Assembly: GCA_030390025.1 (NCBI GenBank)
Contig: CM059438.1
Coordinates: forward strand, 66,900,001 to 66,964,000
DNA from: Squalus acanthias
Taxonomy: Eukaryota
Reading direction: 5' to 3'
Length of the DNA stretch: 64,000 bases
Under the pieces are notes generated by a model that did not search any database, was not told the DNA's origin, and was given only the letters and a program-made list of their open reading frames with translations. Below are positions 13,260-26,238 of the stretch, piece after piece. Each line of letters opens with the position of its first letter. Position 1 is the first letter of the stretch. The translations under genes and the position numbers were made by a program.

Positions 13260-13672
13260 GACCAGAGCGAGAGAGGGACCAGCGAGAGTGGTGACCTGAG
13301 GCCCGAGACCAGAGCGAGAGAGGGACCAGCGAGAGCGGCGACCCGAGGCCCGAGACCAGAGCGAGAGAGGGACCGGCGACAGCGGCGACCTGAGACCAGA
13401 GCGAGAGCGGGATCAGCGAGAGCGGCGACCCAAGGCCCGAGGCCAGAGCGAGAGCGGGATCAGCGAGAGCGGCGACCCGAGGCCCGAGACCAGAGCGAGA
13501 GCGGGATCAGCGAGAGCGGCGACCCAAGGCCCGAGGCCAGAGCGAGAGAGGGACCAGCGAGAGCGGCGACCCAAGGTCCGAGACCAGAGCGAGAGCGGGA
13601 TCAGCGAGAGCGGCGACCCAAGGCCCGAGGCCAGAGCGAGAGAGGGACCAGCGAGAGTGGGACCGGCGAGAG
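13260..13672 (+). repeat. CpG-rich ~47-bp minisatellite, ~9 units
   Basis: Unit approx. GACCAGAGCGAGAG(A/C)GGGA(C/T)CAGCGAGAGCGGCGACCC(G/A)AGGCCCGA, with one shortened unit. Confidence 0.9.
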
Positions 13673-14014
13673 CGGTGGGGATAAAAGGAGCGGGAGCAAA
13701 GGACAGGGAGCAAAAAAACAAAATCAAGGAGTGCCGTCGCAGGACAGCAAGTAGGTGATTGGTTGGTGAGTATTAACTTTTTCTTCTCTCTAACCTAGGA
13801 CAGTGGTTTAAACTAGGAGTGGGAAACTATAACGTACTCTATTAAATTTATAGCTTAACTAATTAAACTAATTAATATAACTATAAATAAGCGCCGAGAG
13901 CGGGAGCTAGCTGGGAGCAGAGCGAACGGACCTGTGAGGGGGGAAAAAAAAATCAAAGTGTGACGTCACAGGAAAGCAGGTAAGTGATTGATTGGTGACT
14001 TGGGCATTGGTTTA

Positions 14015-14540
14015 AACAACTACACCAACTTGTATTTATATAGCGCCTTTAACGTAGTAAAATGTCCCAAGGCGCTGCACAGGAGTATTATAAGACAGGA
14101 AAAAAAATTTGATACCGATCCACATAAGGATAAATTAGGGCAGGTGACCAAAAGCTTGGTCAAAGAGGTAGGTTTTAAGGAGCGTCTTAAAGGAGGAAAG
14201 AGAGGTAGCGAGGCAGAAAGATTTAGGCAGGGAATTCCAGAGCTTAGGGCCTAGGCAATAGAAGGCACGGCCACCAATGATTGAGCGATTATAATCAGGG
14301 ATCCTCAAGAGGGCAGAATTAGAGGAGCGCAGATATCTCGGGGGGTTGTGGGGCTGAAGGAGATTACAGAGATAGGGAGGGGCGAGGCCATGGAGGAATT
14401 TGAAAAAAAGGATGAGAATTTTGAAATCGAGGCGTTGCTTAACCGGGAGCCAATGTAGGTCAGTGAGCACAGGGGAGATGGGCGAACGGGACTTGGTGCG
14501 AGTTAGGACACGGGCAGCTGAGTTTTGGATGACCTCAAGT
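14015..14540 (-). mobile_element. L2 LINE 3' fragment inside the CR1 5' UTR
   Basis: ORF 14135-14470: LHWLPVKQRLDFKIL..LHGLAPPYL..LWNSLP..FKTLLKTYLF. Confidence 0.85.
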
Positions 14541-14626
14541 TCCGTGATTACAGATTAAAAACTATACATAGATAATTGATATTTCAAAACTTGAAAACCT
14601 AATTAGTTAAATAAAATACAATAGAG

Positions 14627-15552
14627 ATGGCAGGGCAGGCGATGTGTTGCAGCTGTAGCATGTGGGAGCTGGTGGACCCCAGTGTGATCCACAGCGACCA
14701 CATCTGCAGTAAGTGCCTGCATCTCGAGGAACTTCGGCTCAGAGTTGATGAGCTGGAGTCGAACTTGGGACACTGCGATGCATCAGGGAGGGGGAGAGTT
14801 TGTTCCAGGAGGCAGTCACACACCTTAGGTTAAATACTTCAGATTTGGTCCGTGATCAGGGACAGGAGGGTGTGACTACAAGTGAGGCAGGTATGGGGAT
14901 CCAGAAGGTAGCATTGGAGGAGCCTCAGCCCTTGCACTTGTCCAACAGGTATGAGGCTCTTGCTCCTTGTGTGGACGAGAGCAGGGACTGCAGGGAGGAT
15001 GAGCAAACTGACCACAGCACCATGGTACAGGGGGCTATTCAAGCTGGGGGAGTAAAAAGAAATGTAGTAGTGGTAGGGGACAATATAATTTGGGGATAGA
15101 CACTGTTCTCTGCAGCCAGGAGCGTGAGTCCCAAAGGCTGTGTTGCCTGCCCGATGCCAGGGTTAAGGACATCTCCTCTGGGCTGGAGAAGAACTTGGAG
15201 TGGGAGGGGAAAGATCCAGTTGTCATGGTCCACGTAGGTACCAACGACATAGGTAGGACAAAGAAAGAGGTTCTGCTGAGGGGCTAAATTAAAAAGCAGA
15301 ACCACAAAGGTAATAATCTCTGGATTACTACCTGAGCCATGAGCAAATTGGCATAGGGTAAATAAGATCAGAGAGATGAATGCGTGGCTCAAAGATTGGT
15401 GTGGGAGAAATGGGTTTCGATTCATGGGGCAGTGGCACCAGTACTGGGGAAAGAGGGAGCTGTTCCATTGGGACGGGCTTTACTTGAACCATGCTGGGAC
15501 CAGTGTCCTGGCTAATTGAATAACTAGGGCGGTAGATAGGGCTTTAAACTAA
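14627..15552 (+). pseudogene. CR1 ORF1 (Cys-rich N-terminus plus SGNH/esterase-like domain), frameshifted
   Basis: CxxC..CxKC, LSNRY, VVGD, CCLP.ARV.D and HVGTND motifs spread over several frames. Confidence 0.85.
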
Positions 15553-15617
15553 ATAGTCAGGAGGAGGGTTCAGGTGAGGGAAAATTTAAAAAGTCAAAGA
15601 GAAAGGAGAAGGCAATA

Positions 15618-18514
15618 ATGCAGGGTAGCGATAGGGGTAATGATAACCAGAGTGTGACAGGAAGGGACAGAGCATATAAACATAAGAGTGCACCAGAAAG
15701 TAGAGTCAGAGTATGGAAAAATGGTAAAAAGACAAAATTAAAAGCTGTTTATCTGAATGCACGCAGCATTCGTAACAAGATAGATAAGTTGACGGCACAA
15801 ATAGAAATAAATGGGTATGATCTGATAGCCATTACAGAGACATGGTTGCAAGGTGACCAAGGCTGGGAACTGAATATTCAGGGGTATTTGACATTTTGGA
15901 AGGATAGGCAGAAAGGAAAAGGAGGTGGGGTAGCTCTGTTAATAAAGGATGAGGTCAGTGCAATAGTGAGAAATGATATTGGCTCAGAAGATCAAGATGT
16001 AGAATCAGTTTGGGTGGAGATAAAAAATAGTAAGTGAAAGAAGTCATTGGTGGGAGTCATCTATAGGCCCCCTAACAATAGCTACACAATAGGACAGAGT
16101 ATAAATCAAGAAATAATGGAGACTTGTAAGAAAGGTACTGCAATAATCATGGGTGATTTTAATCTTCATGTAGATTGGACAAATCAAATTGTCAAAGGTA
16201 GCCTTGAGGACGAGTTCATAGAGTGTATTCGGGATATTTTCTTAAAACAATACATTGTGGAACCAACCAGGAAGCAGGCTATCTTAGATCTGGTATTGTG
16301 TAATGAGATAGGATTAATTAATAATCTCATAGTAAAGGATCCTCTAGGGAAGAGTGATCATAACATGTTAGAATTTCAAATTCAGTTTGATGGTGAGAAA
16401 CTTGGGTCTCAAACTAGTGTCCTGAACTTAAATAAAGGCAATTACAAAGGTATGAAGACAGAGTTGGCTAAAGTGGACTGGGAACATAGATTAAAGGGTA
16501 AGACGGTAGATAAGCAGTGGCAGACATTTAAGAAGATATTTTTTAACTCTCAGCAAAGATATATTCCAGTGAGAAAGAAAGACTCGAAGAGAAGGATGAA
16601 CCATCTGTGGCTAACTAAGGAAGTTAAGAATGGTATCAAATTGAAAACAAAGGCATACAATGTTGCGAAGATTAGTGGTAAGCCAGAAGATTGGGAAATT
16701 TTTAGAAACCAGCAAAGGACGACTAAAAAAATAATAAAGGGAGAAGATAGATTATGAGAGTAAACTAGCAAGAAACATAAAAACAGACAGTAAGAGCTAC
16801 TACAGGTATATAAAAAGGAAGAGAGTAGCTAAAGTAAACATTGGTCCCTTAGAGGATGAGACTGTGGAATTAATAATGGGAAACAGGGAAATGGCAGAGA
16901 CTTTGAACAAATATTTTGTATCGGTCTTCATGGTAGAAGACATTAAAAGCATCCCAATAATAATGGATAATCAAGGGGCTATAGGGAGGGAGGAACTTAA
17001 AACAATCACTATCACGAGAGAAAAAGTATTAGGCAAACTAATGGAACTAAAGGTGGACAAGTCCTCTGGACCTGATGGCCTGCGTCCTAGGGTCTTAAAA
17101 GAAGTGGCTGCAGAGATAGTGGATGCATTGGTTGTAATCTACCAAAATTCCTTGGATTCTGTAACGCCCCAATTCAAGAAAGGAGGGAGGCAGAAAGCAG
17201 GAAACTATAGACCAGTTAGCCTAACATCTGTCATTGGGAAAATGCTGGAGTACATTATTAAGGAAGTAGCAGCAGGATATTTAGAAAATCATAATACAAT
17301 CAAGCAGAGTCAGCATGGTTTTCTGAAAGGGAAATCATGTTTGACAAATTTGCTAGAGTTCTTTGAGGATGTAACGAGCAGGGTGGATAAAGGGGAACCA
17401 GTAGATGTAGTGTATTTGGATATCCAGAAGGCATTTGATAAGGTGCCACATAAAAGGTTACTGCACAAGATAAGAGCTCACGGGATTGGGGGTAATATAT
17501 TAGCATGGATAGAGGATTGGCTAACTAACAGAAAACAAAGAGTCGGGATAAATGGGTCATTTTCAGGTTGGCAAATGGTAACTAGTGGGGTGCCACAGGG
17601 ATCAATGCTGGGGCCTCAACTATTTACAATCTATATTAATGACTTGGATGAAGGGACCGAGTGTAATTTAACCAAATTTGCTGATGATACAAAGATAGGT
17701 GGGAAAGCAAGTTGTGAGGAGGACACAATGAATCTGCAAAGGGATATAGATAGGTTAAGTGAGTGGGCAAAAATTTGGCAGATGGAGTATAATGTGGGAA
17801 AATGTGAGGTTATCCACTTTGGTAGGAAGAATAAAAAAGCAAATTATTATTTAAATGAAGAGGGACTACAAAATGCTGCGGTACAGAGGGATCTGGGGGT
17901 ACTTGTACATGAAACACAAAAAGTTAGCATGCAGGTACAGCAAACAATTAGGAAGACAAATTGAATGTTGGCATTTATTGCAAGGGGGATGGAGTATAAA
18001 AGTAGGGACGTCTTGCTACAACAGTACAGGGTGTTGGTGAGACCACACCTGGAGTACTGCGTACAGTTTTGGTATCCTTATTTAAGGAGGGATATACTTG
18101 CATTGGAGGCAGTTCAGAGAAGGTTCACTAGGCTGATTCCTGAGATGAGGGGGTTGTTTTATGAGGAAAGGTTGAGCAGGTTGGGCCTATATTTATTGGA
18201 GATTAGAAGACTGAGAGGTGATCTTATTGAAACAGGGGATTCTGAGGGGGCTTGACAGGCTAGATGCAGAGAGAATGTTTCCAATCGTGGGGGAATCTAG
18301 AACTAGGGGGCATAGTTTCAGAACAATGGGTCGCCCATTTAAAATGGCGATGAGGAGGAATTTCTTCTCTCAGAGGGTTATAAATCTTTGGAATTCTCTA
18401 CCCCAGAGAGCTGTGGAGGCTGGGTCATTGAATATATTTAAGGTGGAGGTAGACAGACTTTTGAACTACAGGGGAGTCAAGAGTTATGGGGAGTGGGCAG
18501 GAAATTGGAGTTGA
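15618..18514 (+). pseudogene. CR1 ORF2 (APE endonuclease plus reverse transcriptase), disrupted
   Basis: YLNARS, AITETW, YRPP, MGDFN, SDH; NYRPVSLTS, QHGF, GVPQGS, FADD; internal stops and frameshifts. Confidence 0.92.
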
Positions 18515-18661
18515 GGCCAAAATCAGATCAGCCATAATCTTATTGAATGGCGGAGCAGGCTAGAGGGGCCAAATGACCTACTCCTGCTCCTATTTCTATG
18601 TTTAGAGCTTTATAGTCCAGTGGAACATATCTTCAAATTTTGAAACATTTTACCTGCAATT

Positions 18662-21100
18662 TTGTTTTTATTAGTTCAAGGGATCTGGGCGTTACTGGCA
18701 AGGCCAGCATTTATTGCCCATCCCTAGTTGCCCTTGAGAAGGTGGTGGTGAGCCGCCTTCTTGAACCACTGCAGTCTGTGTGATGATGATACTTCTACAA
18801 TGCTGTTAGGGAGGGAGTGCCAGGAGTTTGACCCAGCGACGATGAAGGAACGGCGATATACTTCCAAGTCAGGATGGTGTGTGACTTGGAGATTAACTTG
18901 AAGGTGGTGGTGTTCCCATGCGCCTGCTGCCCTTGTCCTTCTAGGTGGTAGAGATCGCGGGTTTTGGAGGTGCTGCTGAAGAAGCCTTCTCGAGTTGCTG
19001 CAGTGCATCTTGTAGATGGTACTCACTGCAGCCATGGTACGCCAGTGGTGGAGGGAGTGAATGTTTAAGGTGATGGATGGGTTGCCGATCATGCGGGCTG
19101 CTTTGTCTTGGATGGTGTCGAAATTCTTGAGTGTTGTTGGAGCTGCACTCATCCAGGCAAGTGGAGAGTATTCCATTACACTCTTAACTTGTGCCTTGTT
19201 GATGGTGGAAATGCTATGGGGAGTCAGGAGGTGCAGAATACCCAGCCTCTGACCTGCTCTTGTTGCCACAGTATTTATGTGGCTGGTCCAGTTAAGTATC
19301 TGTTCAATGGTGAACCAGGATATTGATGGTGGGGTATTCGGCGATGGTAATGCCATTGAATGTCAAGGGGCAGTGGTTAGACGCTCGCTTGTTGGAGATA
19401 GTCATTGCCTGCCACTTATCAGCCCAAGCCTGAATGTCGTCCAGGTCTTGCTGCATGCAGGCATGGACTGCTTCATTATCTGAGGAGTTGTGAATGGCAC
19501 TCAACATTGTGCAGTCATCAGCAAACATCCCCACTTCTGACGGAGGGAAGGTCATTGATGAAGCTGGTTGGGCCTAGGACACTGCCCTGAGGAACTCCTG
19601 GGGCTGTGATGATTGACTCCAAACACCACCTTCCTTTGTGCTAGGTATGACTCCAGCCAATGGAGAGTTTTCCCACTGATGTCAGGTTCACTAGGGCTCC
19701 TTGATGCCACACTCGGTCAAATGTTGCCTTGATGTCAAGGGCAGTCACTCTCACCTCACCTCTGTTGTCCATGTTTGGACCAAGGTTGTAATGAGGTCTG
19801 GAGCTGAGTGGTCATGGCGGAACCCAAACTGGGCATCAGTGAGCAGTTTATTCGTGAGTAAGTGTTACTTGATAGCACTGTCGACGACACCTTGCATCAC
19901 TTTGCTGATGACTGAGAGTAAATTGATGGGGCGTTAATTGGCCATGTCCTGCTTTTTGTGGACACAACATGCCTGGGCAGTTTTCCACATGGTTGGATAG
20001 ATGCTAGTGTTACTGGAACAGCTTGGCTAGAGGTGCGGCTAGTTCTGGAGCACAAGTCTTCAGCACAACAGCCGGGATCCATAGCCTTTGCTGTATACCA
20101 TGTGCTAAGCCATTTCTTGATATCATGTGGAGTGAATTGGCTGATGACTGGCTTCTGTAATTGTGGTGGGGACCTCAGGAGGAGGCCGATATGGATCATC
20201 CACTTGGCACTTCTGGCTGAAGATGTTTGCAAACATTTCAGCCTTGTCTTTTGCACTCACGTGCTGGGCTCCACCATCATTGAGGATGGGGATATTCATG
20301 GAGCCTCCTCCTCCCATTAGTTGTTTAATGATCCACCAGATCGCTTAGCCCTGTCTATAGTATGCTGCTTCTGAGCATGCATGGAGTCCTGTGTTGCAGC
20401 TTCCCCAGGTTGGCACTGCATTTTTAGGTACGCTTGGTGCTGCTCCTGACATACTCTTCTACACTCCTTATTGAATCAGGGTTGGTCCCCTGGCTTGATG
20501 GTAATGGTAGAGTAAGGTATATGCCAGGCCATGAGGTTACAAATTGTGGTGGAATACAATTCTGCTGCTGCCCCACAGTGCCTCATGGTTGTAGTGCCAC
20601 ACAACATGATGGAGGGTGTCCTCAGTGTGAAGACGGGACTTCGTCTCCACAATGACTGTGCAGTGGTCACTGCTGCCATGGACAGATGCATCTGCATCAG
20701 ATAAATTGGTGAGGACGAGGTCAAGTGGTTTTTCCCTCATGTTGGTTCTCTCACCACATGTCACAGGCCCAGTCTGGCAGTTATGTCCTTCAGGACTCGG
20801 CCAGCTCGGTCAGTATTGAAGTCCCCCACCCAGAGTATATTCTGTCCCCTTGCTACTCTCAGTGTTTCTTCCAAGTGGTGCTCAACATGGAGGAGTACTG
20901 ATTCATCAGCTGAGGGAGGGCAGTAGTTAGTAATGAGCAGGAGCTTTCCTTGCCCATGCTTGGCCTGAAGCCATGAGACATGAGACATCATGGTGTCCGG
21001 AATCAATGTTGAGGACTCCCAGGGCCACGAGTGGTGATGGAGGAGTTTGGGACATTGGCTGAAAGATATGATTCTGTCAGGCTTTTGCTTGACTAGTGAA
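18662..21100 (-). mobile_element. Decayed non-LTR retrotransposon of a second family (APE-RT; clade uncertain)
   Basis: Fragments VGDFN, SDH, MFADD and WTSHI..MEYSPLAW across many frames; distinct 3' end (..AAGGGCAACTAGGGATGGGCAATAAATGCTGGCC). Confidence 0.75.
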
Positions 21101-21280
21101 CCAGACAATCTAATAGTTTCATGGTCACCATTACTGATACTAGCTTTTTAATTCCAGATTTATTTAATTAACTGAATTTAAATTCCCCAGCTGCCGTGGT
21201 GGGATTTGAACTCACATCTCCAGATCATTAGTCCAGGCCTCTGGATTAATAGCCCAGTGACATTACCACTGTGCTACCGT
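21095..21280 (-). mobile_element. tRNA-derived SINE head
   Basis: Minus strand GGTAGCACAGTGGTAA (A box-like) and GAGTTCAAATCCC (B box). Confidence 0.65.
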
Positions 21281-22859
21281 ACCCGTATTGTACCACATAC
21301 TCAAGCTGAAGGTGCAACCTATTATTTTTTTCAAATCCCAAAACCTGTGCATTACAGGATTTCTCACTTCAAGCTTAAAAGTTACAACCTTTCCTGCAGA
21401 ACTCAGTGTTCTTGCCCATACCCAGAAAAAGTCAAATAGCCAAGTGCTGAAGGATAGAATATGTGAGCCTAGTCTTCAGATGCGCACGCACACTTCCCCC
21501 ACTTCCTGAGCCTGCTCATATTATATATATATATATATATACACACACGCACAAGAGATCCCAATTAATACTCAATTGATATACACTTGACAACCATGAG
21601 CCGCAAGATGCTAAATGAATACAAATGCTACGTTCAGCTCCAGTGTGATGACATTATTTATTTAAGGTCAGAAGCATAAGCCCATCAATTAATAATTGGT
21701 AAGCTTGACAAATATAAGAAGATTATATTGGAATCTTTCTTTTTTAAAAGCAAGCAATTGGGAAGTGCCAAGTGGGAGTCCAGACAATAAATCACAGTCA
21801 GCCTGGGTTGTTGAATGGCAGGTTATCAACAGTATTAGCTCCAAATAAGCTGCAGTGACCAATAGTGTCCCACTGGGAACCAGTGCTGCGATCCATGCTG
21901 CTTTGAATAGTGATGAAGGTACTGTGAGAAAGGGATGTTGTTCAATAAGATTGAAGTGATCAGTGAATTTCCTCTGTGTGGTGTACTTAGTACCAGGCAA
22001 CAAGCTGGCATAAATTCCTGTCTGTACTATTTTAACCTCTTCTTAGCACGGAGAAGATACTGAATGGTAGATGATTGCAAGCAGTGATCCAGTGTTAGCG
22101 TCTAAATGACTGAGAGACCGCACAGGCTTTACTCTTGAGCCCATATTTTCCTGCAAGTGCCTTTATCTTTGACTTCTATCTCCTTGTGTATACAACCCGA
22201 GGGGGGAGTGCCAAAGCTGGACAACCAAAGACCTCCGAACACAACGGGTGTGAGGTGTTCATCAATTACTGAGGCAGGTTAAAGTGTTTCTTATTGGTTA
22301 CAGTTTTTGGGGAAGCAACTTCAAAGCCTAGCTCATTAGCACTTCAACCAATCTTTCACCTCAGTGCCTTTTAAAAAAAAATTGTGTGAATGCAGTTGGC
22401 TTTACAAAGGACACTCTTTAATTTAACTCTTATCTCCAAATCCTTTCTGTGGAAAAAATGGTCAAAAAATCCCAAAACATGAAACATTCGCTATTCAAAT
22501 TCCACATTCATGCCAGCTCAGCTGAAATGGCGAGTTACACTTGACTTATTCCATTTTTCTCGTTCCTCTTATACTGACACTTGCTGGGGGTATGGTTCCA
22601 AAGGCACTGGCTGCACTGAAGTGCCCATTATGTCAGCCTGGACAGTGCTTGTTGGCATGATAGGCACCCATAGAAGGCAACAGAGTTGACCCTGATTTTA
22701 TCCTAACCAGACGTCCAAATGTACACTTTCCAGCAGGAGTTGCTAAGAGACCACAGGACCTTGGCTAATTATTTCTGACACTAGCACAGGGGTGCTGAGG
22801 CCCATTATATCTCCGCAGCTACTGACCTGGCTGAAGTGAGTTAGCTCAGCACAGACCAA

Positions 22860-24201
22860 GGGGACGATTTTCCCACTGGAGGCGAGATGGAGGCGGGTTT
22901 CAGTTTGGGTGGGTTTGAAACCCACCTCCACTGATAGGTGTCAAAAATTTGCGATTTTCCCATGATTGGCCACTTGATTTCAGAGGTGTGGGATGCCCTT
23001 GCTCAATTAGTGTTTTGGGACTGAAACTCACCTCTGTTGACAGCACTTTACAGTCTGATTTTATGGCTTCTTGCTCCCTTGGCTCATTCCACAGCATTTC
23101 TGCATCTCCTGCACCACCTCCAACATATTTTGAGAAACCACTAAGTCCAATTCCAAGGCAAGGGCCTACCTGAGGCTCTCAGATGAGGCACTGCAAATGT
23201 TGTTTGAGGGGGTGACAGCTAGCATGGAGGTGCTCTTCCACTCCTCTCGGAGGAAGAGGCCTGCCAAAGAAACCAAGGCTGTGTGGGTACAGCTGGCAAG
23301 GGATATAAGCTCCAGATCTGTGTGCAGATTGGGAGACTGTTTCTGTGTATTGATGAAATGCCATTCCTGTTGGAAAGCATTAAAATGATTTGAAGCCAAA
23401 ATGTTGGCATTATGCCATCTGTTCTTTCGACTGAGGCAGCTCCTCATTGCGGGCACCGCCACACTTGCGTTGTCAGGTTGGTGGCCTGTGTGAAAGGAGG
23501 CCAGAGAGTCCATTGTCAATGATGCCCTAGGATGGAGCAAAGGACATGTGCCAACTTGGGCAACCTATGCAAATCTGGCCATGATATGTTCATCCCTTGC
23601 ATCCCGGGCTCTGACCTCCTCCTCCTCCTCCTCATCATCTGAAGTCCATGCAGAAAGAAAACGAATGGTTCCCATGCTGCTTGTAGATGCCTCCTTTGGG
23701 GAAGCGCTCATTGCAAGCGGGGAGAGAGTCTTCCAAGGAGGTCCCACAGTTGATGGAGTCAAGCTGCAACATCTCCGACTTCGGAAGGCCTTCTAAAAGT
23801 GCTTAGAGACCTTTTAAAGCCAAGATCTGGCACTTGCAAATACTCCTTGCTGCAATAAACGATGTCTTGTTAGACCTGCAGCAGTGAGGAGGCCACCCAC
23901 GAGTCAACCCACCAGGTTTACCTGGCATGGTTTAGGAGGTGCGTGGATCACACCGAAAAGCTGGAAAAATCACGAGGGCCTCTCAAAATAGGCTTAGAGA
24001 GGCCCTTAACGAGCATTTAAGGATGTTAAATAGTGCAATGGTCAACTGGAGGTGGGAGCGTTTCCCGACCTCTAAAACCAGCACCGGCAAAATCCCACGG
24101 AGGCGGGTTGGAGGCGGGTTACAAACCCGACCTCTTTGAATCTGATTTTCCCGCCTTTCCCGCCTCCAAACCGCCTCCTCCGACATCAGAAAATCGCCCC
24201 C
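22860..24201. mobile_element. Internally deleted PIF/Harbinger transposon
   Basis: TIR GGGG(A/G)CGATTTTC with CAA TSD; plus-strand Myb/SANT-like remnant (LSDEALQMLFEGV..KAVWVQLARDI) and minus-strand acidic transposase C-terminal remnant (DDEEEEEEVRARDARDEHI). Confidence 0.7.
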
Positions 24202-24459
24202 CAAGAATCAAACCTGGGACCTTCTGGGCTGTATAGCTCAGCACGTCATTGAGTGGGGTGTTTACCAACCAGTCCATTGGGGAGCTGTAAAAAATGCATC
24301 AATGAGATAACTTGACTAATGAAGGAAAAATCTGTTTTAAACATCCCTAACAACAAGAAGAACTTTAATACAAAAGAGAACTTTTAATGATGGCTAAACC
24401 ACATTAAACTGCAAGCTGAGAAACAGGAATATGGAGGAACATTTAACAGACATTCATTA

Positions 24460-25953
24460 GACTCGGGAACAGTGCCCATGGATTGGAGGGTAGCTAACGT
24501 TACCCCACTATTCAAAAAGGGGGGTAGGGAAAAAGCAGGTAATTACAGACCTGTAAGCCTTACATCAGTTGTGGGCAAAATGCTGGAGTCCATCATTAAG
24601 GATGAAATAGCGGAGCACTTAGCAAATGGGGACAGGATAGGACAGAGTCAACATGGATTTACAAAGGGTAAATCGTGCTTGACTAATCTATTGGAATTTT
24701 TTGAGGGAGTAACTGGTAAAATAGATGGGGGAGAGCCAGTAGATGTGGTGTACCTGGACTTCCAAAAGGCCTTCGATAAGGTCCCACATAAAAGATTAGC
24801 ATGGAAAATTGAAGCTCATGGAATAAAGGGGAAAGTATTGACGTGGATAGAGAACTGGCTGTCAGATAGAAAACAGAGAGTTGGAATAAACGGCTCATTT
24901 TCTGAATGGCAGGCAGTAACAAGTGGGGTACCACAGGGATCTGTCCTGGGTCCCCAGCTGTTCACAATTTACATTAATGACCTGGATCAGGGAGTCGGAG
25001 GCAGCATTTCCAAATTTGCAGACGACACTAAACTAGGAGGGGGGGTGGGCTCAGAGGAGGAGACCAGGAAGCTCCAGAGCGATTTGGACAGACTGGGTGA
25101 TTGGGCGGATAAATGGCAGATGCACTATAATGTGGACAAGTGCGAAGTTATCCACCTTGGGTGCAGGAACGGGAGGGCAAATTATTATTTAAATGGCAAT
25201 AAATTGGGAGAGGGGGAAGTACAGAGAGACCTGGGTGTTCTTGTACACCAGTCACTGAAGGCGAGCATGCAGGTGCAACAGGCGGTCAAGAAGGCAAACG
25301 GTATGCTGGCCTTCATAGCAAAAGGGTTGGAATACAGGAACAGGGATACCTTGCTGCAGCTGTACAGGGCACTGGTGAGACCACACCTCGAGTACTGTGT
25401 ACAGTTTTGGTCGCCTCATCTGAGGAAAGATGTTCTTGCCATGGAGGGGGTGCAGCGGCGATTCACCAGGCTGATACCAGGAATGGCGGGATTGACCTAT
25501 GAGGAGAGACTATGTAGTTTAGGGATGTACACACTGGAGTTTAGAAGATTGAGAGGGGACCTCATAGAAGTGTATAAAATTCTGACAGGTCTAGACAGAC
25601 TAGATGCAGAAGGAATGTTTCCCTTGGCGAGTGAGAACAGAACTAGAGGACATAATTTAAGGATAAGGGCTAAACCATTTAGGACAGAAATAAGGGGGAA
25701 TTTCTTCACTCAGAGGGTGGTGAACCTGTGGAACTCATTGCCACAGAGGGCAGTGTACACCAGCTCATTAAATATATTTAAGAGGGAATTAGATATATTT
25801 CTACAGGCAAAAGGGGTTAAGGGTTACGGAGAGAAGGCGGGGACGGGATACTGAATTGGAGGATCAGCCATGATCTCATTAAATGGCGGAGCAGGCTCGA
25901 AGGGCCGGATGGCCTACTCCTGCTCCTATCTTCTATGTATCTATGTATCTATG
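24460..25953 (+). mobile_element. 5'-truncated young CR1 LINE with uninterrupted RT region
   Basis: Open 460-aa ORF 24472-25854 (NYRPVSLTS, QHGF, GVPQGSVLGP, FADD), 3' tail and (CTATGTAT) repeats. Confidence 0.93.
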
Positions 25954-25960
25954 ACATTAT

Positions 25961-26238
25961 GGGGGTGATTTTATCAATGGCGACATGATGGAGGTGGGAC
26001 TGCTGCTGTTGGGTTTTAGTCCCGCCTCCATCGACGTCCGGCCAACCCATGCTATTTTCCCTTGATTGACCTTGTTAAGCCCGCCCAGCGGGACCTGGCG
26101 CGGGTCGGGTACTCGCCTCCTGGGAAGATGGCACGGAGGCGGGTTGGGGGCGGGATGGGTACCTGCTCCCAGATTCTGCCATTTTCCCGGCAGTCCCGCC
26201 TCCATACCCGCCTCCCCAGGGCTGGGAAAATCGCCCCC
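25961..26238. mobile_element. Short Harbinger-type MITE
   Basis: TIR GGGGG(T/C)GATTTT with TAT/TGT flanks; shares segments with 46000-46831 in the opposite orientation. Confidence 0.7.

Larger units (their letters stand above)
13730..18602 (+). mobile_element. Near full-length decayed CR1 (HER1-like) LINE
   Basis: 5' UTR with duplicated motif (gcaagtaggtgattggttggtgag / gcaggtaagtgattgattggtgac), ORF1 and ORF2 remnants, 3' tail ..cctactcctgctcctatttctatg. Confidence 0.9.

Noticed and set aside
13236..13754. 172-aa Arg/Glu-rich ORF, and a CRISPR-like look of the array
   Set aside because: It is the translation of a 47-bp minisatellite; units are contiguous with no unique spacers, and the context is eukaryotic.
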